This document shows, one piece after another, positions 29,816 to 39,168 of a stretch of 64,000 bases of DNA; within the stretch, counting starts at the first letter, position 1, and each line of letters opens with the position of its first letter. The DNA comes from Desulfomonilia bacterium (GTDB lineage: Bacteria > Desulfobacterota > Desulfomonilia > UBA1062), in contig CAXXDQ010000003.1 of NCBI GenBank assembly GCA_963664325.2, forward strand, positions 160,001 through 224,000, in the 5' to 3' direction. The translations under genes and the position numbers were made by a program. A model generated the notes under the pieces. The model was not told the origin of the DNA and did no database searches. It saw only the letters and a list, made by a program, of their open reading frames with translations.

Positions 29816-31147
29816 TCACATCTTCTGCCGCAGTTCCCTTGCTGCATGGTGCACGGCGTCCACAGAACTGCTGAAAGGCGGCGAATAGGCGAAGTCCAGA
29901 TAGGCGATCTCTTCAATATTAAGGCGGGACCATAAGGCCACCGCCAGTGCGTTGATCCTGGATACGGCGCCTGTTTCGCCTATGGCCTGGGCGCCCAGAA
30001 GTTTTCCTGTGGATCTGTCGGCGACAAGTTTCAAGCCAATTTTTTTCTTTCCCATCAGGCTTCCGACAGCGTTGCCCCAATAGATATGGCTGACGGGGTG
30101 GAACCCGGCAGAGCCGGCCTCATGTTCATCAATTCCAGTGGCTGCGGCCTCCAGGTTGAAAACTTTAAAAGACTGTGACCCGACAACACCGGGGAAAATA
30201 TCAGGCATGCCGGCGATATTATGTCCGGCGACCCGGCCTTGTTTATTGGCGATATCGGACAGTGGGATATGCACCCACTGACTGGTGACCCTGTTAAAGA
30301 CCTCGCAGCAGTCTCCTATGGCGAAAACATCTTTATCGGAAGTCGTCTGGGAAAAATCAACGGCAATCGCCCCTGTCCGGCCTATCCTGATACCTGCATC
30401 CATCGCAAGACGCACATCCGGCCTTATTCCGACCGCTAGAAGTATCATGTCAGAATCCAGCGTCATATGTTTTGTTGCCAGGCGCAGAGGGGTGAGGGAG
30501 CCTTTCTCAATAGATATTACATCCTGATTCGGATAATAATCCACTCCGTTTTTATCGAGTTCCTCAAGGATGGTTTTTGACAACCCGGGGTCCCAGCGCA
30601 TTACGGGAAATTCAACCTGGTTAACCATCTGAACCTTGATGCCCAGACCCTGCAGGGCTTCGCTCATTTCCATGGCTATGAATCCAGCACCGACAATTAC
30701 GGCCTTCCTGCAGGATTTTTCTTTAATGTATTGCTTGATTCTGAGAGCGTCAGCTATGTTTTTCAGTGAAAAAACACCTTCAAGGTCCTCTCCCTCAATG
30801 CCCGGGCTTATAAGCCTTGAGCCTGTGGCCATGACAAGGGTGTCATACGGGACTCTTGAACCGTCCGACAGCCGGACTGTTTTATTATCCCTGTCCAGAG
30901 ACTCTGCCCGTGTTTTCAGAAGAACATTGATTCCGGTTTCCCTGAATCTTTCAAGGGCATTGCCGATGATTTTATCCTCTCCTTTGATTACATCACCGAT
31001 GTAATAAGGGAGAGGTCAGGTTGAAGGGGCTATATATCCGCCTGATTCGATAACAGTGATGTTTGCTTCAGGATCGGTCCGTTTGACTTCGGCAGCTGCA
31101 GTGGGACCTGAAGTTCCACCGCCTATTATGACAAGATTACGGGTCAT
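29816..31147 (-). CDS. Selenocysteine-containing NADH oxidase / CoA-disulfide reductase family flavoprotein (443 aa, Sec44)
   Basis: ATG 31147 with AAGGAGG RBS; MTRNLVIIGGGTSG...YIAPST-UGA-PLPYYIG continues in frame into the 338-aa track ORF; C-terminal LDFAYSPPFS. Confidence 0.88.
30976..31015 (-). promoter_or_regulatory. Bacterial SECIS-like hairpin immediately 3' of the in-frame UGA
   Basis: mRNA CCUCUCC-CUU-AUUACAUC-GGU-GAUGUAAU-CAAA-GGAGAGG: 7-bp and 8-bp perfect stems with a G-containing apical loop. Confidence 0.8.
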
Positions 31148-31229
31148 GAAATATCCTCCTTTCTCAACCCTTGAGCAGGTTCAAAATATAATATCCAGAT
31201 GGACGGGAGAATGAGCTGTTATATGGGTA

Positions 31230-31439
31230 TCAGCGCCTTGAGCCTGCGTTTGCGGCCGGCCGGTTTTTTTTAGGCTTTGATTTGAATATGAATAGAAAAT
31301 CATTTTCTTCCTTGCCCGCCGGATTATGATTTGTTGATTGTCCGGATGGGGTATTCAGGCGGCATTCCCTGAATACTTTGTTCATTCTTTCCTGAAGAAC
31401 CAGTAATTCCCTGATTTGAGATTTCACGTTCCTTGCCAT
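31230..31439 (-). CDS. Small hypothetical protein with an Hsp20-like N-terminal segment
   Basis: AAGGAGG RBS; RELLVLQERMNKVF; no alpha-crystallin domain. Confidence 0.55.
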   Translation of the reverse strand: MARNVKSQIRELLVLQERMNKVFRECRLNTPSGQSTNHNPAGKEENDFLFIFKSKPKKNRPAANAGSRR

Positions 31440-31459
31440 GAAGTCAAACCTCCTTCCGC

Positions 31460-32317
31460 TTAAGGCATCATAAGGTCTATGTTTTCCTCAAGCGCGTTTT
31501 TGAATTTCTCTTTCACGCTGTTTTCTATCTGGCGTACCCTTTCTTTCGAGATGGTATATTTCTGTCCCAGATCCATAAGGGTTTTAGGGTTGTCAGTCAT
31601 AATGCGCTGCTGCATAATATCCTGCTCGCGCAAAGTAAGCCCGTTAAGGGCAGAGCCGATCTTTTCTTTCATGAAACTGGTGCGCTGGGATTCCATAACC
31701 TGATCTTCAGGGTTGGATCTTGTGTCTGCAAGGATATCCATGAAGCTGGTTTCGGAACTGGGGTTTATCGGACAATCGAGCGAGAAGCAGCTTCCGGAAA
31801 GCCGGATTATTATCTCCTCGATATGCTTTGGACTTGCATTGAATCTTGCTGATAATGCATTTGACTGGTCGGTAATGCTCTCTTCGGAAACAAATTCTTC
31901 GGAGAGAGCCTGGTTCAGCTTGTAAAAAAGTCTCTTCTGAAGTTTTGTCGTTCCTATCTTAACAGGCGAGAAAAACCTCAGTATGTAGTCATTTATCGCG
32001 GCCTTGATCCACCATACGGCATAGGTCATCAGCCTGTAACCCCTGTAGGGGTCAAATTTGTTGATCGCCGTAATCAATCCTATGGCGCCTTCCTGAAAGA
32101 TATCCTCAATCGGCAGCTTGTATCCTGAATATTCGAGAGCAATGTAGACGACGTTTTTAAAGTTGGCGTTTGCAAGGCTCTGAGCGGCTTCAATGTCACC
32201 CTGTTCTATAAAGCGTGTTGCAAGTGCGAATTCCTCGTCCCTTCCTAGCGACGGAATGCCTTCGAACCTGTCGAGGAGCTCTGCAACCGGGTTATTGTGT
32301 AGGCTTTTATTGTTCAT
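31460..32317 (-). CDS. rpoH: RNA polymerase sigma-32 family factor
   Basis: QEGAIGL, KFDP-RG-RL-TYAVWWI, RpoH-box-like VKIGTTKLQKRLFYKL and SKERVRQIE motifs. Confidence 0.88.
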   Translation of the reverse strand: MNNKSLHNNPVAELLDRFEGIPSLGRDEEFALATRFIEQGDIEAAQSLANANFKNVVYIALEYSGYKLPIEDIFQEGAIGLITAINKFDPYRGYRLMTYAVWWIKAAINDYILRFFSPVKIGTTKLQKRLFYKLNQALSEEFVSEESITDQSNALSARFNASPKHIEEIIIRLSGSCFSLDCPINPSSETSFMDILADTRSNPEDQVMESQRTSFMKEKIGSALNGLTLREQDIMQQRIMTDNPKTLMDLGQKYTISKERVRQIENSVKEKFKNALEENIDLMMP

Positions 32318-32322
32318 TTTAT

Positions 32323-32832
32323 TTATTTTTTATTCAGCATGGTCATGATTTCACGCATGAATGAAGGCAGATCCGAGGGCCCCCGTGAAGTTATAAGATT
32401 TCTGTCCACCACGACCTCGCGGTCTTCGAAAAATGCACCGGCTTCTTTCAATTCCACACCTACGGATCTGTATGAAGTGGCATGCCATCCCTTCAGCAGT
32501 CCTGCACTTATCAGGACCTGAGGTCCGTGACATATTGCTGCTACCGGCTTGCCTGATTCGAAAAAACTGCGGGCAATCTCAAGCGCCTTTGTGTCCTTTC
32601 TCACTTTTTCCGGGGCTTTGCCGCCTGGAATGACAAGAATGGCGTATTCTCCGGCGTTTATTTCACCGAAGGCCCTGTCGGCATCCACCTTGTAACCATG
32701 GATCCCTTTTATAGGACCCTTTGCCTGTGCCGCCACATCCACGTCTATGGCGGCTTCCTTCAGCCTGTAATATGGAACCAGCAGTTCAAGGTCTTCAAAA
32801 TTGTCCGAGCTTATGATCAATGCCTTCATCAT
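32323..32832 (-). CDS. PfpI/DJ-1 family protein
   Basis: FEDLE, IPGG, AAICHGP and LITSRGPSDL motifs. Confidence 0.93.
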   Translation of the reverse strand: MMKALIISSDNFEDLELLVPYYRLKEAAIDVDVAAQAKGPIKGIHGYKVDADRAFGEINAGEYAILVIPGGKAPEKVRKDTKALEIARSFFESGKPVAAICHGPQVLISAGLLKGWHATSYRSVGVELKEAGAFFEDREVVVDRNLITSRGPSDLPSFMREIMTMLNKK

Positions 32833-32886
32833 GTCCCTCCGTAAATCCGGGGATTATTCAGTCTTGAAGTGAAAGATACAGTCCGG

Positions 32887-33507
32887 TCACTGTTTCAGGA
32901 GATCTTCAAGCCTTTTGTTCACTTCCGGCCAGTTGACTATGTTCCAGAAAGACTCTATGAACTTTGCCCTGTCGTTTTTATAGTCGACGTAATATGCATG
33001 CTCCCATACATCCAGCACCATAAGTATCCTGAACATCGGATAAACATTGATGTTATGCTTTTCCACCTGCATTATCACCGGCCTGTTGGTGAGTCTGCAA
33101 AAGGTCAGTGCAGCCCATCCCGAACCCTCGGTGCTTGATGCCGTCAGGGAGAATATCTTTTTAAACCTGTCGAACGAGCCGTACTCTTCATCTATGACCT
33201 TCGCTATTGTCCCTGACGGAATTCCGCCCCCGGGCCCGCCTGCGGGTGCCAGATTTTTCCAGAACAGGGAATGAAGCAGGTGTCCGCCTATATGGAATGA
33301 AAGCTCTTTGAAAGTGGCTTTCGCGTCAAAATCGAGGCTTTCCGTCCTTGCCTTGTCCATTTTTTCGAAAATGGCGTTTGCTCCGTTTACATATGCGGCA
33401 TGGTGTTTGTCATGATGAAGCCTGAGAAGTTCCTCCGATATATAAGGTTGAAGAGCGTTATAACCGTAAGTGAGATCCGGTAGTACATACTGTTTTTTTG
33501 CTTCCAT
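32887..33507 (-). CDS. sod: Fe/Mn superoxide dismutase
   Basis: LHHDKHH, HSLFW, GSGW and DVWEHAYY motifs. Confidence 0.96.
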   Translation of the reverse strand: MEAKKQYVLPDLTYGYNALQPYISEELLRLHHDKHHAAYVNGANAIFEKMDKARTESLDFDAKATFKELSFHIGGHLLHSLFWKNLAPAGGPGGGIPSGTIAKVIDEEYGSFDRFKKIFSLTASSTEGSGWAALTFCRLTNRPVIMQVEKHNINVYPMFRILMVLDVWEHAYYVDYKNDRAKFIESFWNIVNWPEVNKRLEDLLKQ

Positions 33508-33623
33508 GATTTTTGTCTCCTTTTCATTTTTTGTTTTACCCTTTGACGGCGGAGCTGAATTCCATTTTTTAAAATTGTTTCAGATCCTGTTATGAGTTAT
33601 CAGCCGGCACCGGATTTTCCTCA

Positions 33624-33662
33624 ATCAGGCGAAACCTTATTTTCTGTTGCGAAATACCTGAT
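33624..33662 (-). promoter_or_regulatory. Island operator copy 10 (upstream of sod-pfpI-rpoH operon)
   Basis: Minus strand: ATCAGGTATTTCGCAACAGAAA-ATAAGG-TTTCG-CCTGAT-TG. Confidence 0.8.
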
Positions 33663-33801
33663 AATCAAGGGGATATAAGAGCTTGCAATAAAGGGCAGGT
33701 TTTCAGTGCTTTTTCCGCCTGCGGAGAACTGTAAATCCGCTTTTGCCGACTTCGTTTCAAAGGCAGTTACTTTTTTATTTTAAAAAGATTAAGGTAAAAG
33801 A

Positions 33802-34941
33802 ATGTTCACCTATCAGAAGACGAACCGGTATTTTGCCCAGATTGCGGACGGCATGGAGGAACTGGGCAAGGAGGAGCTTGCCTCGCTCGGGGCAGAGGAT
33901 ATCAACGTTGTCTTTCGCGGGTTGTTCCTGACGGCCGACAGGGAAGCCCTTTACCGCATCAATTACATGACCAGGCTGTGTACGCGCATACTTGCGCCGC
34001 TCATCACCTTTGACTGCCACAGCACGAAGTACCTGTACAGGACCGCGCAGGGCATCGACTGGCCGGCGCTCTTTTCCGTTAACCAGACATTCTGCATCTC
34101 GGCGAATCTCACTAACAGCAAGATAAGACATTCCCAGTATGCATCGCTTTGCCTGAAGGATGCGATAGTCGACCAGTTCAGGGAGCGTTTTGAAATGAGG
34201 CCAGATGTGGAACGGATAAACCCGGACATCCATATCAACCTGCACATAGACAGCAACAAGGCCACCATTTATCTGGATACATCGGGAGGCTCGCTGCACA
34301 GGCGGGGATACAGGAATGAGGCGGTTGAAGCGCCCATGCAGGAGAACCTGGCCGCGGCAATTATCAAGCTGTCGGGCTGGGACGGCCGGACGCCTTTATA
34401 TGACCCGATGTGCGGTTCAGGCACATTGCTTTTTGAGGCCTTCATGCACTGCTGCCATATCCCTGCCGGCTACCGGCGTGATAATTTCGGATTCACTTTT
34501 CTTCCCGATTTCGATAGTTCACTCTGGGGATCTGTCAAATCTGAAGCAGATGCAATGGTGAGAGAACTTCCCAAAGGACTGATAGGCGGGAGCGATATTC
34601 AGGAGCAGGCGGTTGCAGCGGCGCGGGCCAATGCGCGGAATCTCCCCGGGGGCAGGGCGATAACGTTTAAAAGGTCGGGGTTTATGGACCTTCCTGATCT
34701 CAATGAAACTACCATTGTGTGCAATCCGCCTTACGGCAGGCGTATGGGTACAAAGGATGAAATGGGTCTCATGATGAAGGATTTCGGGGATTTTCTCAAA
34801 CAGCGGTGTAAAGGCTCGACAGCCTACATATATTTCGGAAACAGAGAGCTCATAAAAAAAGTCGGGTTGAGGTCGGCATTCAAGATCCCGCTAAAAAACG
34901 GCCCACTCGACGGCAGGCTGGTGAAGTACGAGCTTTATTGA
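33802..34941 (+). CDS. THUMP-domain class I SAM-dependent RNA methyltransferase (RlmL-like)
   Basis: KDAIVDQF, SLHRRGYR, DPMCGSGT and NPPYG motifs. Confidence 0.92.
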   Translation: MFTYQKTNRYFAQIADGMEELGKEELASLGAEDINVVFRGLFLTADREALYRINYMTRLCTRILAPLITFDCHSTKYLYRTAQGIDWPALFSVNQTFCISANLTNSKIRHSQYASLCLKDAIVDQFRERFEMRPDVERINPDIHINLHIDSNKATIYLDTSGGSLHRRGYRNEAVEAPMQENLAAAIIKLSGWDGRTPLYDPMCGSGTLLFEAFMHCCHIPAGYRRDNFGFTFLPDFDSSLWGSVKSEADAMVRELPKGLIGGSDIQEQAVAAARANARNLPGGRAITFKRSGFMDLPDLNETTIVCNPPYGRRMGTKDEMGLMMKDFGDFLKQRCKGSTAYIYFGNRELIKKVGLRSAFKIPLKNGPLDGRLVKYELY

Positions 34942-34957
34942 TATGTCAGACTCAAAT

Positions 34958-34985
34958 AAAAAGGCAGCAGGTTGTTCCTGCTGCC
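34958..34985 (-). terminator. Intrinsic terminator after the OFA transporter
   Basis: GGCAGCAGG/CCTGCTGCC stem with a T5 tract on the minus strand. Confidence 0.7.
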
Positions 34986-35010
34986 ATGGAACTTTTGATC
35001 GTAACCGGTG

Positions 35011-36507
35011 CTAAGCTGTTTTCGGAGGCTTGATAAGAACGGCTGCAAGCAGAATACCCAGAACAGCAAGGCCGGCCGTCGGCCAGAATGCAAACTGCAG
35101 TGAGCCGAAGATATCTTTTGCAAATCCCGAAATCAGTCCGCCAAGGATTGCACCTATGCCGTATGCGAAAAAGACAACGCCATAGTTCCTTGCATAATTT
35201 TTAATTCCAAAGAATGCTGCCGTAGATGTCGGCGCTATTGCAAGCCATCCGCCGAGGCAGAGCCAGAACAGGATGAATGACGCCACATAAAGTGCTACAT
35301 TCCCTTCCTTAGCAAGGAGCATTATGCATGATGCGATAAGTATGAGTAAAAGGTTCAGCAGTGCAGCTGTACGGGGAGTGGATTTGTCGATGATTGTTCC
35401 GAACAGCGGCCTGCCTACAGCATTGAATATTGCGAACACGCCGACAAGCGATGCTGCGAACGCCTTGTCTATTTTAATAACCTCTGTACCGACAGTACTT
35501 GAAACACCGATAGCCATAAGGCCTGCAAGGCTTCCTATCAGAAAGCACAGGAACACGCCCCAGTATGTGCCGGTCTTCACCATTGTTGCAGCGTCAAGGT
35601 CCACAACCGCTGCCGTTCCCGCTGCAGGCGTCCAGCCTGCCGGTTTCCATCCGGTGACCGGGAATTTGAGAGGAAGGGACAGGAGGAATATGATTACAAG
35701 GAATGCAATGCCGAAATATATGAATGTCGTGGAAAGGCCCACTGAATCAAGAAGCAGGCTGGCGATTTTTGCGGTAAGAAGGGCTGACCCGCCGAAGCCG
35801 GCAACCGTAAGGCCGACAGCGAGGCCCTTTTTGTCTGGAAACCATCGTGCGGCAATGGCAATCGGGCAGCCATAGGCCAGTCCCACTCCGCTGCCTGCGA
35901 TAACGCCGTAAGTCAGGACCAGCAAATATATATTTGTTGCAAAACCTGAGAGGAACCAGCCGGCGGCAACAATCAAACCGCCGATTATTGTCAGATTCCT
36001 GGGCCCTATTTTTTCCATAATTCTGCCGCCAAAGAACATTGTTACGGCAAAGAAAGCCAGGAATATCATAAACGGCAGATTGCTCTGGAATGATGATATC
36101 TTGTTTATTGATAGCAGTATATCAAGCTTATCGGGATTGAGCCCTTTGAGATGAGTTACGAACGCCTCGGCCTTGATGGTTTCCTTGACAGGATCAAGTT
36201 TGAATATCTCGATGACATAAGGTACATCCAGGGTTGAGTGCCTTGCCTTGAGTTCGGCGGCCTTGTCTTTTTTCAGGCCGTATACCTTGCCAAGCAGCTC
36301 TTTGCCGTGTTTATCCTGATTGATGGCCTCTATTTCCGGAACAACTGCAATTGCGGTTAATGTGTTGAAATACTGTTCAACCGGTTTTTTGAATACGCTG
36401 TAGGCGTAAACGGTGCCGAGACACAGGTTGATAACAAGTCCCAGTATAACCAGCAGCCACCTTCCCGATTCGGGCTTCATACCGAACAATTTTGTATCCT
36501 CCGACAT
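35011..36507 (-). CDS. OFA-family MFS transporter with a long loop insertion after TM1
   Basis: CLGTVYAYSVF, RWFPDKKGLAVG, FNAVGR and FFG-KNYARNYG motifs. Confidence 0.9.
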   Translation of the reverse strand: MSEDTKLFGMKPESGRWLLVILGLVINLCLGTVYAYSVFKKPVEQYFNTLTAIAVVPEIEAINQDKHGKELLGKVYGLKKDKAAELKARHSTLDVPYVIEIFKLDPVKETIKAEAFVTHLKGLNPDKLDILLSINKISSFQSNLPFMIFLAFFAVTMFFGGRIMEKIGPRNLTIIGGLIVAAGWFLSGFATNIYLLVLTYGVIAGSGVGLAYGCPIAIAARWFPDKKGLAVGLTVAGFGGSALLTAKIASLLLDSVGLSTTFIYFGIAFLVIIFLLSLPLKFPVTGWKPAGWTPAAGTAAVVDLDAATMVKTGTYWGVFLCFLIGSLAGLMAIGVSSTVGTEVIKIDKAFAASLVGVFAIFNAVGRPLFGTIIDKSTPRTAALLNLLLILIASCIMLLAKEGNVALYVASFILFWLCLGGWLAIAPTSTAAFFGIKNYARNYGVVFFAYGIGAILGGLISGFAKDIFGSLQFAFWPTAGLAVLGILLAAVLIKPPKTA

Positions 36508-36732
36508 AAAAATATCCTCCCATGAATTTTAAGAAATTAGCGACGGACTATATTGAACTAGAGGTTCCGATGTCAATCGGGAAAGTGACATATTGTATTA
36601 CCAGCTTAATATTAAAGGACAATAAAATGAATTTCCAATCGGTTGTGAATTACAGTTATATCTTGCAAGAACCACGGTTTGGGGGTATGCCGTTTCAGAT
36701 ATTAATAATTAAAGATTATCAAGGAGGGGTTT

Positions 36733-38016
36733 ATGGCAGGTAATGAAAATCTTGAAAGCAAACGCTGGGGAATAGCCACAGCCGCTGTTGTCATGCAGCT
36801 GTGTCTCGGTACGGTTTACGCATGGTCGGTCTTCAAGAAGCCTCTGATGGGAGCTCACGGATGGGAAGAAGCAGCCACGCAGTATACCTTCATGATATTC
36901 ATGTTCACGATAGGTTGCGCTGCTGCGTTCGGCGGGACTCTCGTTGACAAAAAAGGGCCTAAGTTTGTTGCAACGGTCGGAGGTATTCTTTTCGGTTTAA
37001 GCACGCTGCTCGCTGGTGTTGCAGACCAGATAGGCAGCCTTCCTCTCCTGTATCTTTCTTATGGTATTATAGGCGGGCTCGGTAACGGGTTCTGTTATGT
37101 TACCCCGATAGCCACACTGATCCGCTGGTTCCCCGATAAGAGAGGGCTTGTTACAGGCCTGGCAGTCATGGGATTCGGTTTCGGTGCATTCTTCATGGGC
37201 AAGATCGCGCCCATGATGATCGGATCTTTTAAAGGCGGACTCACAGCATCAGGTGTCGCCCTTACATTCTATATATGGGGAGCCATTTTCCTGGTGCTTG
37301 TTGTCGGCGCAGCCCAGTTTTACAAGAACCCGCCGGCCGGCTGGCTTCCGGCAGGATTTACACCTTCCGCAAGCTCTGTCTCGGCGGCGGATTCACTCAT
37401 GTTCGGCCAGGCTGTGAAGACCCCTCAGTGGTGGATGCTCTGGGCCATGCTGTTCCTGAATGTCTCGGCCGGTCTCGGACTCATCTCCCAGCTTTCTCCG
37501 CTTGCACAGGATTATTACAAACCCCTGGTTACCGACCCGTCCATAACGGGTGAAGCCCTTGTCAAGGTTCTCGCTGCGGCAGGCGGTACGGTGGTATCCA
37601 TAACGGCCATATTCAACGGACTTGGCAGACTTTTCTGGGCCAGGGTTTCCGACTCCATTGGCAGAAAGGCCGTCTTCGGGACCATGTTTGCCACACAGGC
37701 CGTTATTTATATCCTGATTGCGCTGGGAATCCTTTCAAATTACTGGGTATTCATGATTGCAGGCTGCTACCTGCTGGCATGCTACGGCGGCGGTTTTGCA
37801 ACCATGCCTGCATTTGCTGCGGATAACTTCGGACCCGGCTACATAGGCAAGGTGTACGGCTTCATGCTCACGGCCTGGGCCTGTGCAGGCCTTGTCGGCC
37901 CGTTCGTGTTTGCAAAATTCAAGGGTCAGGCCCTTTATATTGCTGCGGCGCTGCTCATTGCAGGACTTTTAATAGACATTGTATTCAAGAACAGGACAAA
38001 GAAGGCTGCGGCATAA
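36733..38016 (+). CDS. OFA-family (oxalate/formate antiporter-like) MFS transporter
   Basis: CLGTVYAWSVF, RWFPDKRGLVTG, FNGLGR and CYGGGFATMPA motifs. Confidence 0.92.
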   Translation: MAGNENLESKRWGIATAAVVMQLCLGTVYAWSVFKKPLMGAHGWEEAATQYTFMIFMFTIGCAAAFGGTLVDKKGPKFVATVGGILFGLSTLLAGVADQIGSLPLLYLSYGIIGGLGNGFCYVTPIATLIRWFPDKRGLVTGLAVMGFGFGAFFMGKIAPMMIGSFKGGLTASGVALTFYIWGAIFLVLVVGAAQFYKNPPAGWLPAGFTPSASSVSAADSLMFGQAVKTPQWWMLWAMLFLNVSAGLGLISQLSPLAQDYYKPLVTDPSITGEALVKVLAAAGGTVVSITAIFNGLGRLFWARVSDSIGRKAVFGTMFATQAVIYILIALGILSNYWVFMIAGCYLLACYGGGFATMPAFAADNFGPGYIGKVYGFMLTAWACAGLVGPFVFAKFKGQALYIAAALLIAGLLIDIVFKNRTKKAAA

Positions 38017-38022
38017 AAAACA

Positions 38023-38049
38023 AAAAGCGGGCTTTGGCCCGCTTTTCTT
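38023..38049 (+). terminator. Intrinsic terminator (possibly bidirectional)
   Basis: AAAAGCGGGC-TTTG-GCCCGCTTTT hairpin just after the transporter stop. Confidence 0.75.
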
Positions 38050-38125
38050 CACTGATAAAATCCCTTTACAATGCATTAATTTTCCCTCATAAAAATCAGG
38101 AAGCCAAATAATCAGGGAGGTCTGC

Positions 38126-38773
38126 TTGTCAAAAGAAATTATTTCACAGATATTAAGGAACAATGAAAAGTTTGCCGCCGACCGCGGCGAGGGCTATTTC
38201 AAGCCTCATTCCACAAGCCAGCAGCCCAAGATAACGCTTGTATCCTGCTGCGACTCCCGCGTGCAGCCCGGGATAATAGACCCCGACCCGATAAATAAAA
38301 TATTTACCGTCGAGACTATCGGCAATCAGATGACATCGGCCCAGGGTTCGGTTGACTACGGCATTCTTCACCTGCACACCCCGGTGCTTTTGATCATGGG
38401 GCACACGGACTGTGGAGCGGTAAAGGCGTTCATGAAGGGCTATGATAAGGAAAACGATGCGATCAAACGTGAACTTGACAACATGAAGCCGTCGCTCAAG
38501 GCTGTTGCCGATGGAGCGGATTTCAATGCTGAACTGATAAGCAACATCAAGAAAAATGTCGATTATCAGGCGGGTGTAGCGGTTGAAAGGTATTCAAAGC
38601 TTGTTGATGCAGGCTCGCTTATGGTGATAGGGGCGGTATATGATTTTCAGAATGCCTTCGGCAAGGGATATGGAAGGCTTCTGATCAGGAGTATAGATGG
38701 TAAAACCGGTCTCAAAAGGGAAGATATGCTGGCCTGCGGCGTGGATTTGAAAGATGCGTTAATTCAGGATTGA
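38126..38773 (+). CDS. Beta-class carbonic anhydrase
   Basis: CxDSR (CCDSRV) and GHTDCGA zinc ligands. Confidence 0.9.
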   Translation: MSKEIISQILRNNEKFAADRGEGYFKPHSTSQQPKITLVSCCDSRVQPGIIDPDPINKIFTVETIGNQMTSAQGSVDYGILHLHTPVLLIMGHTDCGAVKAFMKGYDKENDAIKRELDNMKPSLKAVADGADFNAELISNIKKNVDYQAGVAVERYSKLVDAGSLMVIGAVYDFQNAFGKGYGRLLIRSIDGKTGLKREDMLACGVDLKDALIQD

Positions 38774-39168
38774 GGGGTAATATTGACGTGACCCTGGAAG
38801 AAATAAAAAAGGAACTGGACGGAGAAGTTATTGTCGGGCATGAGAAGCTTGCAATTGATCTGAAGACGGCATTCGCTGCAGACCTGATGAGCGACGTCCT
38901 TGCTTTTGCCCGGTCGGGCTGCCTTCTGATAACCGGGCTGACCACCGCGCAATCAGTCAGGACTGCGTTTGCCCTGGACATTGCTGCAATAATCATATGC
39001 CGCGGTAAAAGCCCGCAGGAACAGGCTATCGAAATAGCAAAAGAGCTTCATATCCCGATTATACGTACGCAATATATCATGTTCGAAACATGCGGAATAC
39101 TTTACAGGGCCGGTATTTACGGCTGTATACGCGAGGTCTGCAGCGGGGATAATACCTGTGGCACCTGA
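38770..39168 (+). CDS. DRTGG-domain protein
   Basis: AADLMSDVLAF, LLITGL and RGK motifs; start codon uncertain. Confidence 0.85.
   Translation: MRGNIDVTLEEIKKELDGEVIVGHEKLAIDLKTAFAADLMSDVLAFARSGCLLITGLTTAQSVRTAFALDIAAIIICRGKSPQEQAIEIAKELHIPIIRTQYIMFETCGILYRAGIYGCIREVCSGDNTCGT

Noticed and set aside
29816-31147. NADH oxidase as a nonsense pseudogene
   Set aside because: The only stop is UGA at the catalytic-Cys column, followed by a SECIS-like hairpin; Sec decoding explains it better.
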